Assembly (NCBI GenBank): GCA_023450085.1
Contig: JAEXHI010000024.1
Span: forward strand, 52,906-116,905
Reading direction: 5' to 3'
Length of the DNA: 64,000 bases
Source: Bacteroidota bacterium
GTDB lineage: Bacteria > Bacteroidota > Bacteroidia > Sphingobacteriales > Sphingobacteriaceae
Both the position numbers and the translations under genes were made by a program. How positions within the stretch are numbered: the stretch's first letter is position 1; each line of letters opens with the position of its first letter. Shown piece by piece: positions 30,915-40,809 of the stretch. The notes below the pieces were generated by a model. That model saw only the letters and a program-made list of their open reading frames with translations. It was not told the origin of the DNA and searched no databases.

Positions 30915-32123
30915 ATGTACTGTCTCAAAAAATACAGCCTGCTTTATTTATCAGCTTTGCTGATCAATATAGGCGCTTTTACTAGCGTAAAGGGACAGTT
31001 GTATAGTTTTGACTTTTATGAGGGTACTTTTAATTTTAAGGTTGATACTTTATTACAACGCAATTTCTCTGGCGAACTTTCCGCCAACCATATCAAGCAA
31101 TATTACCAACAATTAGAGAGTGCGCATAGTAGCGATTTGATTACGGCACTACAAAACTACCGTAAGCAGCATCAGTTGAATGATTGGTTATACTACCAAC
31201 TGATCAGAAAAACCGCCGAGCAATTAAGTCCAAAGGCCAAAAACTATCCTAGTTATACCTTATATAAATGGTATTTGATGGTGAAGTCTGGCTACGACGC
31301 CAGGATTGCCATTGGCGACAACCAGATTATTTTTTATGTGAAGTGCGATGAGGATATTTCCGATATTCCTTATTTTATGATAGACGGAAATAAATACATG
31401 TGCCTTAACTATCATGATTATCAAAAATTGTTTAAAAAAGCTGATACTTATATCCCCGTTAAAATAGACATTGCCGAAGCCAAAAATGATTTTAGCTATA
31501 AGGTAACTAAAATGCCCGATTTTAAACCCGAGGATTACCAGGAAAAGCAAATTGCCTTTAACTATAAACATAAGGCCTACCATTTTAATGTAAAGGTTAA
31601 CACCGAGGTCTCGCGTATTTTTGCCAACTATCCTGTCGTTGATTTTGAAACTTATTTCAACATCCCGTTGAGCAGGGAAACCTATCAATCGTTAATTCCG
31701 ATATTGAAAGAAAACGTGAAGAAAATGTCGACCAAAAAGGGGGTTGACTATTTGATGCAATTTACACGCTATGCATTTTTATATGAGGATGATGAGGCTT
31801 TATTGGGCAAGGAAAAAAGATTTTCGCCAGAGCAAACGCTTTTAAATGATCAAAGTGATTGTGATGACCGTGCCGCTTTATTTTTCTTTCTGGTAAAAGA
31901 GATTTACAACTTACCAATGATTGCTTTGCTTTACCCTACACACATTACCATGGCCGTAGCTTTTGACAAACCCATTGGTGAAGCCATTTATTATAACGGA
32001 AAGGCTTATAGCGTGTGCGAACCCACTCCCCAAAAGAAAAATCTTAAACTAGGTGAATTATCTGACAACCTGAAAAAGCAAAAGTATGAGGTGGTGTATG
32101 CTTATCAACCACGCTCACACTAG
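30915..32123 (+). CDS. Exported hypothetical protein with transglutaminase-like Cys motif
   Basis: Signal-peptide-like N-terminus; PEQTL...SDCDDRA, YPTHITMAV and CEPT. Confidence 0.7.
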   Translation: MYCLKKYSLLYLSALLINIGAFTSVKGQLYSFDFYEGTFNFKVDTLLQRNFSGELSANHIKQYYQQLESAHSSDLITALQNYRKQHQLNDWLYYQLIRKTAEQLSPKAKNYPSYTLYKWYLMVKSGYDARIAIGDNQIIFYVKCDEDISDIPYFMIDGNKYMCLNYHDYQKLFKKADTYIPVKIDIAEAKNDFSYKVTKMPDFKPEDYQEKQIAFNYKHKAYHFNVKVNTEVSRIFANYPVVDFETYFNIPLSRETYQSLIPILKENVKKMSTKKGVDYLMQFTRYAFLYEDDEALLGKEKRFSPEQTLLNDQSDCDDRAALFFFLVKEIYNLPMIALLYPTHITMAVAFDKPIGEAIYYNGKAYSVCEPTPQKKNLKLGELSDNLKKQKYEVVYAYQPRSH

Positions 32124-32367
32124 GCTTTAATTATTTATGGTTTGTTATTTCCCTGTATCTTGATTCACCACCAGTTAGGGAATTCCCTTCTTTTAGCGAA
32201 GTGCTCAAAGGGAGGGATGTTTCTGTAAGTGGTTGGCAAGCTCAAACGTATATCCCTTTTTATGCCTTGCATTTATAGCAATGAGGTAAAGGAATATGGC
32301 TGGTGCTCACAACACGCATCGCTAAGCCCGCAAAATTTGAATAACTAGAGGTTTTCTGAATTTCTTA

Positions 32368-32934
32368 TTACTTTCCTTTAACAACCTTCCCGTTAATGAT
32401 AATTTTCTCAAAGTTTATATTCCAACCTCTACCTTTTATATAAGTCTCAGTACGTATTTGGCCTTTTAGATTAGGATGATAAATCATATCAAAATTGAAA
32501 GACATCGCATTTTCAGTCTTATTTGCAACTATTACCTTGTAATCATTAACTGTCTGATCATTTAAAGTGTAAAAAACATCACCTACTTTCGCATTGAAAT
32601 CTGCACGTACATAAATCCTAGAGGGGTCTTTCGGGTAACTTTCCACCAATCTATTTTGTTCATCAATCCTTAAATAAGATATGGCAATGGCATCCCCTCC
32701 TATCAAAGAATAGAATTTATAATAAGTTTTACCATTGATCTGTACCTCTTCTTGGATTTCTGTGTAGTTATTTTGTTGATTAGCGGTTCCCCAGTAATTA
32801 CCTACCTTCATTGGCAAAAAAGAATCAATCGTTGGATTTGGCTCATTTTTCTTTTTACAAGATGAAAATAACAATAATAAACAGGTCATTAAGCTTAATA
32901 CTTTTAGCATCGTTTTTTGGACTTTCATATTCAT
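32368..32934 (-). CDS. Hypothetical lipoprotein
   Basis: Lipobox LFSSC-KKK followed by FLPMKVGNYW. Confidence 0.75.
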   Translation of the reverse strand: MNMKVQKTMLKVLSLMTCLLLLFSSCKKKNEPNPTIDSFLPMKVGNYWGTANQQNNYTEIQEEVQINGKTYYKFYSLIGGDAIAISYLRIDEQNRLVESYPKDPSRIYVRADFNAKVGDVFYTLNDQTVNDYKVIVANKTENAMSFNFDMIYHPNLKGQIRTETYIKGRGWNINFEKIIINGKVVKGK

Positions 32935-33032
32935 CAATTTAGTTTAAACCAATACGTTGCCTCGAAATACTTCGCTACAAGGAATATATTAAGTTTATGT
33001 TAAGTCTGTTGAGATTAAAAACCATAAAAAAG

Positions 33033-33060
33033 AAAAAGCCATCCTAATTAAAGGATGGCT
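33033..33060 (-). terminator. Terminator of receptor-lipoprotein operon
   Basis: AGCCATCCT...AGGATGGCT plus a T run on the minus strand. Confidence 0.75.
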
Positions 33061-33083
33061 CTCTATAAAATTATTATCAATGA

Positions 33084-34514
33084 TTATTTTACAGCACCTG
33101 GAGTGGTGTAAGGTAAGTTCTGAGGATCAAAATGAGCCCAGCTAGCAGCCCAGTTTTCTGTACCGAATGCACCTCTGTAAGTTACTTTATCAAAGAAAGC
33201 ATCAGCTACTTTAGCATTTGTAAACAATGCACCTGTTGCTGCTGGAGAACCAGCTTTGTAAGTAAAATCAGGTGTACCTGCAGATGTTCCAGCAGCGATA
33301 TCTGAAGAGTATTTGAAAGGAGCATTCAATAAAGCATCACCCCAAGTACCAGCTAAGAAAGTGTTTGTCGCTCTTAAACCAGCTTCGATATCAGTTTTGT
33401 TCGTTCCTTTAATATCTTGGCCTGTAATTCCATAAACCAAGTTATTTTCGAATGACAATCTTCCAGCTGTATAGTTCAAAGTTGTTGCTTTTGCTACAGA
33501 AACTTTAGTATCATCAATATAAATTCCATCAGGGAAACCTGTAAAAATTGAGTTGAAAGTACTGATTGATGAATTTCTTCTGATTTGAGCAGCGTGTTGG
33601 TAAAAACCATTGATTTTAGTGCTAGCTGCTGCTAAAGGACCAACAATAGTAACGTTAGAGAAAATTGCAGAAGTTTGTGGTGTTGCAGCAGTTCCATCTG
33701 GATCGTTATCTGATTCGAAACCATTTGAACCTGATTGGTCAGCTACCAACGGATAGCGTTGAGCTAAAGCAAACTGGATTTTACCAGAGTAACCGTTGTC
33801 AGTATCAAAATCATCATCCCAAGTACCAGTTGCGATTAAGTGTTTTGCATTTACTGTACCACCAAACCATTCAAAAGCATCATCACCTGAACGATAAACT
33901 TGAACATAGTCAATAGTAGTACCAGAACCTACAGCACCAAATGTGATCCCGTTGATTTCGTTATCCACTGAAAAAGGAATACCTGCATATTCTACACGAA
34001 CGTATTTTAAAACACCTGAGTTGTCAGCAGCATCAGTACCACCAAATTGGATATATTTAGCTTCTTGACCAGCAACTGTTGGGGTTAAACCACCTTCAAT
34101 TGTATTATTTACACCTTTATTATGTGGTGCTTTACCTAAGATAATCAAACCACCCCAATCACCTTCTCTACGACCACCTGCCGCTACACCAGAAGTAAAT
34201 ACAATTGGTTTATCTGCTGTACCTGTAGCGTTAATTTTCGCTCCTCTTGTAACGACCAAAGTAGCTTTAGTAGATTTATCACCTTTAATGATAGTACCTG
34301 GTTGAATAGTAAGGGTTGCTCCCTCTGTTACATAAACAAAACCTTTTAATTGGTAGATTTTGTCAGCAGTCCAAGTAGTGTTTGTGCTGATATCACCTTT
34401 AACTTCAACTGAAGTTCCAGACTGAGGCGGTTCAACCACATCATCATTGTTTTTAGAACATCCTACCACAAACGTTGCCAAGGCAAGACAAAAAAGAGTT
34501 ATTTGTTTTTTCAT
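33084..34514 (-). CDS. Surface lipoprotein with probable beta-helix (pectin-lyase-like) fold, partner of the TonB-dependent receptor
   Basis: Lipobox VVGC; TLTIQPGTIIKG, PIVFTS, GDWGGLIILG, DNSGVLKYVRVEYAG, DDAFEWFGG, DDDFDTD. Confidence 0.85.
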   Translation of the reverse strand: MKKQITLFCLALATFVVGCSKNNDDVVEPPQSGTSVEVKGDISTNTTWTADKIYQLKGFVYVTEGATLTIQPGTIIKGDKSTKATLVVTRGAKINATGTADKPIVFTSGVAAGGRREGDWGGLIILGKAPHNKGVNNTIEGGLTPTVAGQEAKYIQFGGTDAADNSGVLKYVRVEYAGIPFSVDNEINGITFGAVGSGTTIDYVQVYRSGDDAFEWFGGTVNAKHLIATGTWDDDFDTDNGYSGKIQFALAQRYPLVADQSGSNGFESDNDPDGTAATPQTSAIFSNVTIVGPLAAASTKINGFYQHAAQIRRNSSISTFNSIFTGFPDGIYIDDTKVSVAKATTLNYTAGRLSFENNLVYGITGQDIKGTNKTDIEAGLRATNTFLAGTWGDALLNAPFKYSSDIAAGTSAGTPDFTYKAGSPAATGALFTNAKVADAFFDKVTYRGAFGTENWAASWAHFDPQNLPYTTPGAVK

Positions 34515-34594
34515 TTTTGTTTTAAAATTTTATTTATCAAAAAAAGTATTTTGTATTTAACTGATTATAAACCAAAGATTAAATTATCGTTAAC

Positions 34595-37420
34595 CTAGAA
34601 CCTGTAAGACAGTGACAATGAAACATTTGTACCCAATTTATACCTCGAAAGTAACTCATCTTTAGTAACTGCACCACTTACCGGATCAACAATTACATTT
34701 GCTGGGCTATATTTTTTGTCTTTATTATTATCAAAATAGAATACCGCAGGATTATTCATGATGTCGTTAACGTTCAATTTAATTTGGGCTTTCTTTTTAT
34801 AGAAGCTATAGCTAGCTTGGAAATCCACTACATTTCTAGGTGCTTCCCAAACGTTATCAAAACGCTGACCTCCAGCATTCGCTATTCTTCTGCCAATCCT
34901 ATTGTAAAGCAAGCTTAGGTTTAAGTTGTTATCTAAAGCATTGTACTGTAAACCTGCATTTACCGAATATGGCGCCTGCCCAACCATCGGTCTTTCTTTG
35001 GTAATGAAATTTTGGTCTGTTGGATTGGTTATTTTCGATTTTACAAGTGTACCGTTCGCATAAAACATTAAGTTTTTAAGGAAATCACTCTCTCCAAAAA
35101 TTCTCAACGAATGACGGAATTCAATTTCTACCCCATAGTTTGTAGCTTTTGGCACATTAAAGAACGAGAATGCCGGAGTAGAGTTTTGATCGTAGATATT
35201 TGGCTCAATGGCATTTTTAAATTTCTTGTAGAATGCAGAAACTGAAAATATCTCACCTGCACCAGGATAAATTTCATATCTGATGTCTGCATTATCTATT
35301 AATGTTCTCTCTAAAGATGGATTACCAGAAACATTACCTAACAACTCATAATCATAATAATCAAATGGCGCCAATTCTCTAAATTCTGGTCTAGCCAATG
35401 TACGGTAATATGATGCTCTTAAGTTTGCTTTTTCTGTTAAGGCATAAGTTAAATTTACTGAAGGAAGGAAATCTAGATAATCTTTTTTAACCTTAACTGG
35501 CGAACCGTCATTGCCGCGAGAATTCAAGTTCAAATCAAATTTCTCGGCCCTTACTCCATAAACGGCCCTTAACTTATCTGTAATAGGCTGATCTAACATC
35601 ACGTAACCGAAACTAGTTAATGAATTAGCATCGTACTTATCTGAATTTGCGGTAATTTCAGAAAGTTCGTACAAACCTTGGTTGATTAAACTTGTTGAAT
35701 ATAGTGTCTCTATTGGTCGAGATTGAATATCTTGATCTGCTTGCTTAAGCGTTAATCCCATTAAACGAGCGGCAAAATTACGTTGACGGTAGTTAGAACC
35801 TACTCCGAATTTAAGATTAGCATTCTTGCCAAATAATTTCACAGTCTGCTGATCATTTACCGTACCACCAATAAGCGTTTCATCCATATCAGAGAACAAG
35901 CGATTATTTTCTTTGGTAAGAGCAGTATTTACTGCTAAGAATGGGCTGTTGGTATTTCTTAAGCCTACATTTCTTAAGTAACCTATTTTACGTTGATCAG
36001 GTTGACTATTGATGATATTGGCATAAGATAAATTCCAGTTCAATTTGTTGTTTGCCGATATTTTATGATCTCCGTCTAATGAAGATTTCAATACTCCTTT
36101 TTGAACAATATCAAACGCATAATATTTAATATCGCTAGATCTACCTACATCTGTTCCTTCACGATAAACAAATCTATCATCTAATATTCTGTTATAAAGG
36201 TTTTTGAAGCTAATTTTGTTGTTACCTTTTACATAGGCAAAGTTAGCCATCGCACCTATGTTAGAAGAGAAGGTATTCACCCTATCGGCATAGTCGTAAG
36301 TGTAATATTCTCTCTCAACAACTGGTCTAGTTTGCTCAGCATTACGATAGGTTAAAGAGATTATCGCCCCAAATTTTGATTGATCTTTGAAATTTTTCAC
36401 CCTACCTAAGGTAAACTGGTGATTTTGGGTTAATGGAGCATCATGTTGTCCAATCTTCCAAACCTTTGGCATTTGATTTACTGCTGCAATCATTGCTTGT
36501 TGGTTACCCCTTAGGGCTTCTGTAGCTGCAGTATTTCTAGGGAAAGTAGATGACGACGGTAAATCTCTTTTAGTATCGAAACCAAAATAATTTTCAGTGT
36601 AACGTGGACCATTAAAGAAATCCTTAAAAGTAGATAAACTATTGTAACCTGTTCCAAGACTTATTTCCATGAAATTTTGATCAGGAATATCTTTTGTGAT
36701 GATTTTGATAGAACCACCTGCAAAATCGGCTGCTAAATCTGGAGTCGCCGTTTTATTAACAACAATATTATCTACTAAACTAGACGGAACAATATCGAAA
36801 GAAAATGCCTTTTTATTAGGTTCTGTACTTGGCAAACTAGTATTATCCAAGCTCGCATTGTTATAACGATCCGCTAAACCACGAACAACAACAAATTTGT
36901 TATCTTGTATAGTGGTTCCACTAACCCTTTTCAAAACGTCTCCAGTACTTCTATCTGGACTTCTCTTAATCATATCTGAAGAGATACCGTCAGATATTAA
37001 TGCGCTATTTTTTTGCTGTGCATATAGTGCATTTATAGATTCCTTTTTATAATTACCAGTAATTACTACTTGTTGCAAAGTTTGTGAGGAAGCTTCTTCC
37101 ATTACTACATTCAATGTCGTCACTGCTCCAGCTTTCACCTCTACATCTGTAATTTTTTTAGTAGCGTAGCTTACGTAAGAAATTTCGATAGTATATTTTC
37201 CTTCTGCAAGACCACCTAATAGATACTTACCGTCTACATCAGTGCCTACCCCTCTAGTTGTACCTGCAAGTTTAACAGAAACGCCGATCAGCGTTTCTCC
37301 GGTTTTTTTATCCGTTACAGTTCCTGAAATTTTTCCTGTTCCCTGAGCGAAAACAAGCACACTCGCTAACGCAAACATGATGGTTAGTAGTGCTTTCTTT
37401 AGAGTTAATTGTGATTTCAA
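34595..37420 (-). CDS. TonB-dependent receptor (TTG start)
   Basis: Signal peptide, carboxypeptidase-regulatory-like N-domain, plug (VRGLADRY), RPEFRELAPF, GNPSL and C-terminal LSYRF. Confidence 0.93.
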   Translation of the reverse strand: MKSQLTLKKALLTIMFALASVLVFAQGTGKISGTVTDKKTGETLIGVSVKLAGTTRGVGTDVDGKYLLGGLAEGKYTIEISYVSYATKKITDVEVKAGAVTTLNVVMEEASSQTLQQVVITGNYKKESINALYAQQKNSALISDGISSDMIKRSPDRSTGDVLKRVSGTTIQDNKFVVVRGLADRYNNASLDNTSLPSTEPNKKAFSFDIVPSSLVDNIVVNKTATPDLAADFAGGSIKIITKDIPDQNFMEISLGTGYNSLSTFKDFFNGPRYTENYFGFDTKRDLPSSSTFPRNTAATEALRGNQQAMIAAVNQMPKVWKIGQHDAPLTQNHQFTLGRVKNFKDQSKFGAIISLTYRNAEQTRPVVEREYYTYDYADRVNTFSSNIGAMANFAYVKGNNKISFKNLYNRILDDRFVYREGTDVGRSSDIKYYAFDIVQKGVLKSSLDGDHKISANNKLNWNLSYANIINSQPDQRKIGYLRNVGLRNTNSPFLAVNTALTKENNRLFSDMDETLIGGTVNDQQTVKLFGKNANLKFGVGSNYRQRNFAARLMGLTLKQADQDIQSRPIETLYSTSLINQGLYELSEITANSDKYDANSLTSFGYVMLDQPITDKLRAVYGVRAEKFDLNLNSRGNDGSPVKVKKDYLDFLPSVNLTYALTEKANLRASYYRTLARPEFRELAPFDYYDYELLGNVSGNPSLERTLIDNADIRYEIYPGAGEIFSVSAFYKKFKNAIEPNIYDQNSTPAFSFFNVPKATNYGVEIEFRHSLRIFGESDFLKNLMFYANGTLVKSKITNPTDQNFITKERPMVGQAPYSVNAGLQYNALDNNLNLSLLYNRIGRRIANAGGQRFDNVWEAPRNVVDFQASYSFYKKKAQIKLNVNDIMNNPAVFYFDNNKDKKYSPANVIVDPVSGAVTKDELLSRYKLGTNVSLSLSYRF

Positions 37421-37442
37421 TTTGCCTTATTTTTAATTAGGG

Positions 37443-37520
37443 CAAAACTATTACCACAATGTTAGCTTCATGTTAGCATGAAATTACCATTTGTTTACCG
37501 ATAGGTTAACAAATTGTTAA
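37443..37520 (-). promoter_or_regulatory. -7 element plus six 11-bp-spaced direct-repeat boxes (PhoB/OmpR-type operator candidate)
   Basis: TAGTTTTG at 37443-37450 (minus). Plus-strand GTTAG, GTTAG, ATTAC, TTTAC, GTTAA, GTTAA at 37461, 37472, 37483, 37494, 37505 and 37516. Confidence 0.7.
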
Positions 37521-37543
37521 AGCGCATTGGTAACGCTTTTGTA

Positions 37544-38059
37544 TTAATATTTTAAGCCGATTTTTTTGCATATAAAGTGCAATAACCAAATTGGGCCAAT
37601 TAACAAAAACTTAACATCTTCTAAAAATGACGGCTTTTTACCTTCTATTTTATGACCAATGAATTGCCCTACCCAAGCCAATACAAAAATGGCCAAAAAG
37701 ATGATCCAAGCCGCTGGGCCATTATGGTACTTCTCCCACATCTCTATCTGTACAATGCCGTAGCTCATCCCCGCAATGATCCAGATCATCATAAAGAACA
37801 AGGTAGGCGACAGCGTAAAATAATAGTACATGGCAAAGGCAATTAAAAACGATGCCCAGTTAAAGAAGGTTTGGTATTGGCCCAAAAAAGATAACTGCGG
37901 AAATGGAATTAACCAAACCAAGCCTAACAAGCTAAACACAATTAAGGGCACACAAATCCAATGGATGAGCTTGTTTGTGCCATTTTGGTGGCTTTCGGCA
38001 TATTTATCAAATAAAATGTCTACTGGCTTTCTTGCTGGGGCTTGTGCTGTTTTGTTCAT
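37544..38059 (-). CDS. DUF962 / Mpo1-like membrane protein
   Basis: Y.ESHQN.TNKLIHWICVP and WVGQFIGHKIEGKKPSF. Confidence 0.9.
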   Translation of the reverse strand: MNKTAQAPARKPVDILFDKYAESHQNGTNKLIHWICVPLIVFSLLGLVWLIPFPQLSFLGQYQTFFNWASFLIAFAMYYYFTLSPTLFFMMIWIIAGMSYGIVQIEMWEKYHNGPAAWIIFLAIFVLAWVGQFIGHKIEGKKPSFLEDVKFLLIGPIWLLHFICKKIGLKY

Positions 38060-38089
38060 ATCCGGTAATTTTGGAATGATAAAAATAAG

Positions 38090-38115
38090 AAAAGCGATAG
38101 AATTCTATCGCTTTT
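38090..38115. terminator. Terminator-like hairpin downstream of rny
   Basis: AAAAGCGATAG-aatt-CTATCGCTTTT. Confidence 0.65.
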
Positions 38116-38137
38116 AGTTTTAGTATCTGTAATAAGT

Positions 38138-38246
38138 CGTCATTGCGAGGCACAAAGCAATCTATGATGAATTTATAAATCGCTTTAAGATTCTTCGATT
38201 TGCTCAGAATGACAAGAAGAAAAATTGCTTCGTCGTCGAAATGACG
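38138..38246. repeat. CGTCATT...AATGACG palindromic element containing a half-element of the 25914-26471 type
   Basis: CGTCATTGCGAGGCACAAAGCAATCT ... AGATTCTTCGATTTGCTCAGAATGACA (38188-38214) ... ATTGCTTCGTCGTCGAAATGACG. Confidence 0.75.
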
Positions 38247-38303
38247 GTACTATTTATGTAATGCCTAAATCAGTTTAATCCTGAAATCGGCGTAGTCATC
38301 AAC

Positions 38304-39866
38304 TTACTTCGCAAAGGCTACCGAACGGGTTTCTCTAATTACCGTTACTTTGATTTGGCCTGGGTAGGTCATCTCCGTTTGGATACGGTTAGAAATATCT
38401 GCCGCTAGCAATTCCGCTTGCTGATCACTTACCCTTTCACTTTCTACCACTACACGTAGCTCTCTACCTGCTTGAATAGCAAAAGTTTTTTCTACACCTG
38501 GATAAGACATGGCTAATTCTTCCAATTCTTTCAAGCGCTTGATATAACTTTCTACGACTTCACGGCGGGCTCCTGGACGGGCTCCTGAAATAGAGTCACA
38601 AGCTTGAATGATTGGCGAAATCATTGAGGTCATCTCGATTTCGTCGTGGTGGGCACCAATAGCGTTGCACACTTCTGGATGTTCTTTATATTTTTCAGCC
38701 AACTGCATCCCCAAGATTGCGTGTGGCAATTCTGGATTATCATCAGGCACTTTACCAATATCGTGTAAAAGTCCGGCACGTTTTGCCAACTTAGCATTCA
38801 AGCCTAATTCAGCTGCCATAGTAGCACAGAAATTAGCTACCTCACGTGAGTGCTGCAACAAGTTTTGTCCGTACGACGAACGGTAGCGCATACGGCCTAC
38901 CATTCTGATCAACTCAGGGTGTAAACCGTGAATTCCCAAATCAATGACGGTACGCTCACCAATCTCAATGATTTCATCTTCGATTTGCTTTTTGGTTTTA
39001 GCCACAATCTCTTCGATACGAGCTGGGTGAATACGACCATCTGTTACCAAACGGTGTAAAGCCAAACGGGCAATTTCTCTTCTTACTGGATCAAAACCTG
39101 AAAGAATAATGGCCTCAGGGGTATCATCTACAATGATCTCGATACCTGTTGCAGCTTCTAATGCACGAATGTTACGTCCTTCTCTACCAATTACACGTCC
39201 TTTAATTTCGTCGTTATCAATATGGAAGATAGAAACCGAATTTTCAATAGCAGCTTCAGCAGCAGTACGCTGAATAGTCTGAATGACTACTTTTTTAGCT
39301 TCTTTGCTTGCAGTAAGTTTAGCTTCGTCAACAATATCCTTCACTTGCATTAAAGCTTGTGAACGGGCTTCCGACTTCATGTTTTCTACCAATTGGTTTT
39401 TAGCTTCTTCAGCACTTAAACCAGCAATAGTTTCCAATTGTTGTACATGCTGGTTTTTCAGCACATCTACTTCTTCTTGCTTTTTAACAGCTAATGCCGT
39501 TTGCTTTTCGAAATTGTCTTTTTGCTTATCTAAATCTTGTTCTTTTCTGCTTACATTTTCCAAACGCTGATTAAGCGATTGCTCTTTTTGCTTAATGGAA
39601 TTTTCGCGTTGTGAAACTTCGCTATTGCGGCTTTGCACTTGCTGTTCGTGCTCGCTTTTTAATTGTAGAAATTTCTCTTTCGCTTCTAATAACTTATTTT
39701 TCTTTAAGATTTCAGCATTGTTTTCGGCATCTTTCAATATTTTCTTTGCCTTTGATTGCGCCGCTACTTCCTGCTGCTTTAAGAGGTTACGCAGCAGGTA
39801 CCTGCCAATGACCACACCCACAATTAAGCTGGCCAGTATGCATCCTACTATTCCTAATATTTCCAT
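38304..39866 (-). CDS. rny: Ribonuclease Y
   Basis: N-terminal TM, coiled coil, KH domain ([13 protein letters not shown]), HD domain (LLHDIGK), [10 protein letters not shown]. Confidence 0.98.
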   Translation of the reverse strand: MEILGIVGCILASLIVGVVIGRYLLRNLLKQQEVAAQSKAKKILKDAENNAEILKKNKLLEAKEKFLQLKSEHEQQVQSRNSEVSQRENSIKQKEQSLNQRLENVSRKEQDLDKQKDNFEKQTALAVKKQEEVDVLKNQHVQQLETIAGLSAEEAKNQLVENMKSEARSQALMQVKDIVDEAKLTASKEAKKVVIQTIQRTAAEAAIENSVSIFHIDNDEIKGRVIGREGRNIRALEAATGIEIIVDDTPEAIILSGFDPVRREIARLALHRLVTDGRIHPARIEEIVAKTKKQIEDEIIEIGERTVIDLGIHGLHPELIRMVGRMRYRSSYGQNLLQHSREVANFCATMAAELGLNAKLAKRAGLLHDIGKVPDDNPELPHAILGMQLAEKYKEHPEVCNAIGAHHDEIEMTSMISPIIQACDSISGARPGARREVVESYIKRLKELEELAMSYPGVEKTFAIQAGRELRVVVESERVSDQQAELLAADISNRIQTEMTYPGQIKVTVIRETRSVAFAK

Positions 39867-39959
39867 TGTTCCTTGTTGTTTTTTAAGGAGCTATCATCTA
39901 GACAGTTCCATCGTTTGTTGTTTGTTGGTGATAGCTTTGATGCCATCGATATTCTTCGT

Positions 39960-40043
39960 AAAAAAAAAGCCGTAGCTAAATTATTATGTTCATTAACCCA
40001 TTGTTAGTGCAAATTAAATGAAACATAAAAATTTAGCCACGGC
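39960..40043 (-). other. Long hairpin plus U tract between zapA and rny (terminator or ncRNA candidate)
   Basis: GCCGTGGCTAAATTTTTATGTTTCATT ... AATGAACATAATAATTTAGCTACGGC-TTTTTTTTT on the minus strand. Confidence 0.5.
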
Positions 40044-40104
40044 CAAATTTATAGCTATAGTGAACCCTAGGACAGTGCCCTCAGGTTAATAAAGAACTTT
40101 TTTT

Positions 40105-40395
40105 TTATTTAGCGAAAAACCCGTTCAATAAACTATCTAGCTCCTCTACCTTATCGGCTACGCTTGTATCCTGATTTTGAACCTTATGCTCAGCCTTTAA
40201 AACAGCCGTGGCATAGTGCAAAACCGCCATTGATAACAAGTCTTGTTTATCCCTAACCGCATAATTTTCCTGATAGTCTTTTATACGCTCATTGATAATC
40301 TTTGCCGCTCGTCTCACAATCTCCTCTTCTTCCATACTTACCTTTAGCGGGTAAATGCGGTCGGCGATAGTTATTTTAATCGAGATTTCTCCCAT
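40105..40395 (-). CDS. zapA: Cell division protein ZapA
   Basis: I.IADRIYPL, EEEEIVRRAA..IN, DKQDLLSM; pheT-zapB-zapA-rny synteny. Confidence 0.92.
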   Translation of the reverse strand: MGEISIKITIADRIYPLKVSMEEEEIVRRAAKIINERIKDYQENYAVRDKQDLLSMAVLHYATAVLKAEHKVQNQDTSVADKVEELDSLLNGFFAK

Positions 40396-40426
40396 TTTTA
40401 GCTTTGTTTCAATTAATCTGTATAGC

Positions 40427-40717
40427 TTATTTTTTAAGCAATACTACACACTTATCAATTTCACGCACAAATTCGTTAATTTTTTGCTTTATATCAAGTG
40501 TCTTTTCACTTGTTCCTTCAATACTCTTCGCTAATTTGAGCACTCTTATTTTTTCATCTAGCTCTAAATGTGTGTTTTTAGCTACATCTAATGCTTGTTT
40601 TTGCTGCTTATTTTCGGCTTTTAAAAGTTCATTTTCCTCTTGTAACGCTTGACAAAGAGCAATCAATCTATCCGTTTTTTGCAGTACACTATTAAGTTGA
40701 TCTACTACAGCAGCCAT
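40427..40717 (-). CDS. Coiled-coil protein, ZapB-like
   Basis: Heptad-rich sequence with C-terminal KQKINEFVREIDKC; lies upstream of zapA. Confidence 0.75.
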   Translation of the reverse strand: MAAVVDQLNSVLQKTDRLIALCQALQEENELLKAENKQQKQALDVAKNTHLELDEKIRVLKLAKSIEGTSEKTLDIKQKINEFVREIDKCVVLLKK

Positions 40718-40809
40718 TTAAATTTTAATTTTGAATGAAAAAATATTGAATGAGTGAATAATTTTAAGAACATCAATTCAATCTTTTCACTTTCTACTTT
40801 TAACTTATT

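Noticed and set aside
32970..33003. Fourth in-register boxed promoter for the 32368-32934 lipoprotein
   Set aside because: Two boxes are 11 bp apart, but the in-register -7 position reads TAGCGAAG rather than TAnnTTTG. Kept only as a weak mention.
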